This document shows positions 63,801-64,000 of a stretch of 64,000 nt of DNA, piece after piece. The stretch is from assembly GCA_016934215.1 (NCBI GenBank), contig JAFGTE010000028.1, positions 2,672 to 66,671 on the forward strand. The letters are read 5' to 3'. The first letter of the stretch is position 1. Each line of letters starts with the position of its first letter. A program made the position numbers and the translations under genes. Below the pieces are notes generated by a model, which did no database searches, was not told the DNA's origin, and saw only the letters and a program-made list of their open reading frames with translations. The stretch comes from Candidatus Peregrinibacteria bacterium. GTDB lineage: Bacteria > Patescibacteriota > Gracilibacteria > UM-FILTER-43-11.

Positions 63801-64000
63801 ATGCAAGAAGCAAAACAAATGCCAAAAAGAAAAATCGAATTCAGGAGACATCAAATTAGCAGACGAAAAAAAGCTGTCAAGCCAGGCTTCTTAAGAATAA
63901 TTAAACACTGGATTCATGAATATGATCACATTTTCAGACATGCCGCTCTGATCCTATTTATCATTCTGGCCACTGTTTCCGTTTACTACTACCAGCAGAC
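63801..64000 (+). CDS. Partial membrane-anchored protein (runs off window)
   Basis: Open frame MQEAKQMPKRK... with basic N-terminus then a TM helix. Confidence 0.55.
   Translation, partial: MQEAKQMPKRKIEFRRHQISRRKKAVKPGFLRIIKHWIHEYDHIFRHAALILFIILATVSVYYYQQ

Overview
A gene-dense bacterial chromosomal segment made mostly of housekeeping genes: pyrB/pyrC, obgE, pth, smpB, recR, secE-nusG-rplK-rplA, dut, ruvC, hrcA, secA, mltG, rpsU, der, dnaX, glyA, purA, metG, rmuC, rpsA and recF. It also holds tRNA-Gln(TTG) and tRNA-Gly(TCC). The VirB2/TrbC-like pilin array, sortase, short HrcA, scrambled operons and many orphan ORFs point to a Patescibacteria (CPR) genome, probably Peregrinibacteria-like; this is inference. 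TGA is used as a stop, so the code is 11. Two things stand out. (1) A compact element at tRNA-Gly (17170-17665): a pseudo-tRNA 5' copy whose anticodon arm is replaced by a TCCCGC-NNN-GCGGGA palindrome, a minimal GIY-YIG nuclease whose stop codon lies inside the intact tRNA, and a second tRNA 3' end carrying the same palindrome amid three GCGAAGC mini-hairpins. A related palindrome sits in the probable L1-binding site before rplA. (2) An unassigned, highly structured ~310-nt non-coding region (12068-12383, minus strand) with a consensus TTGACA/TATAAT promoter and a terminator-like end. Other points of note are a tandem two-module D-Ala-D-Ala ligase, an orphan ribbon-helix-helix gene with twin dyad operators, and a 21-bp motif shared by two orphan-gene promoters. 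All calls come from reading motifs by eye; no searches or folding programs were run.
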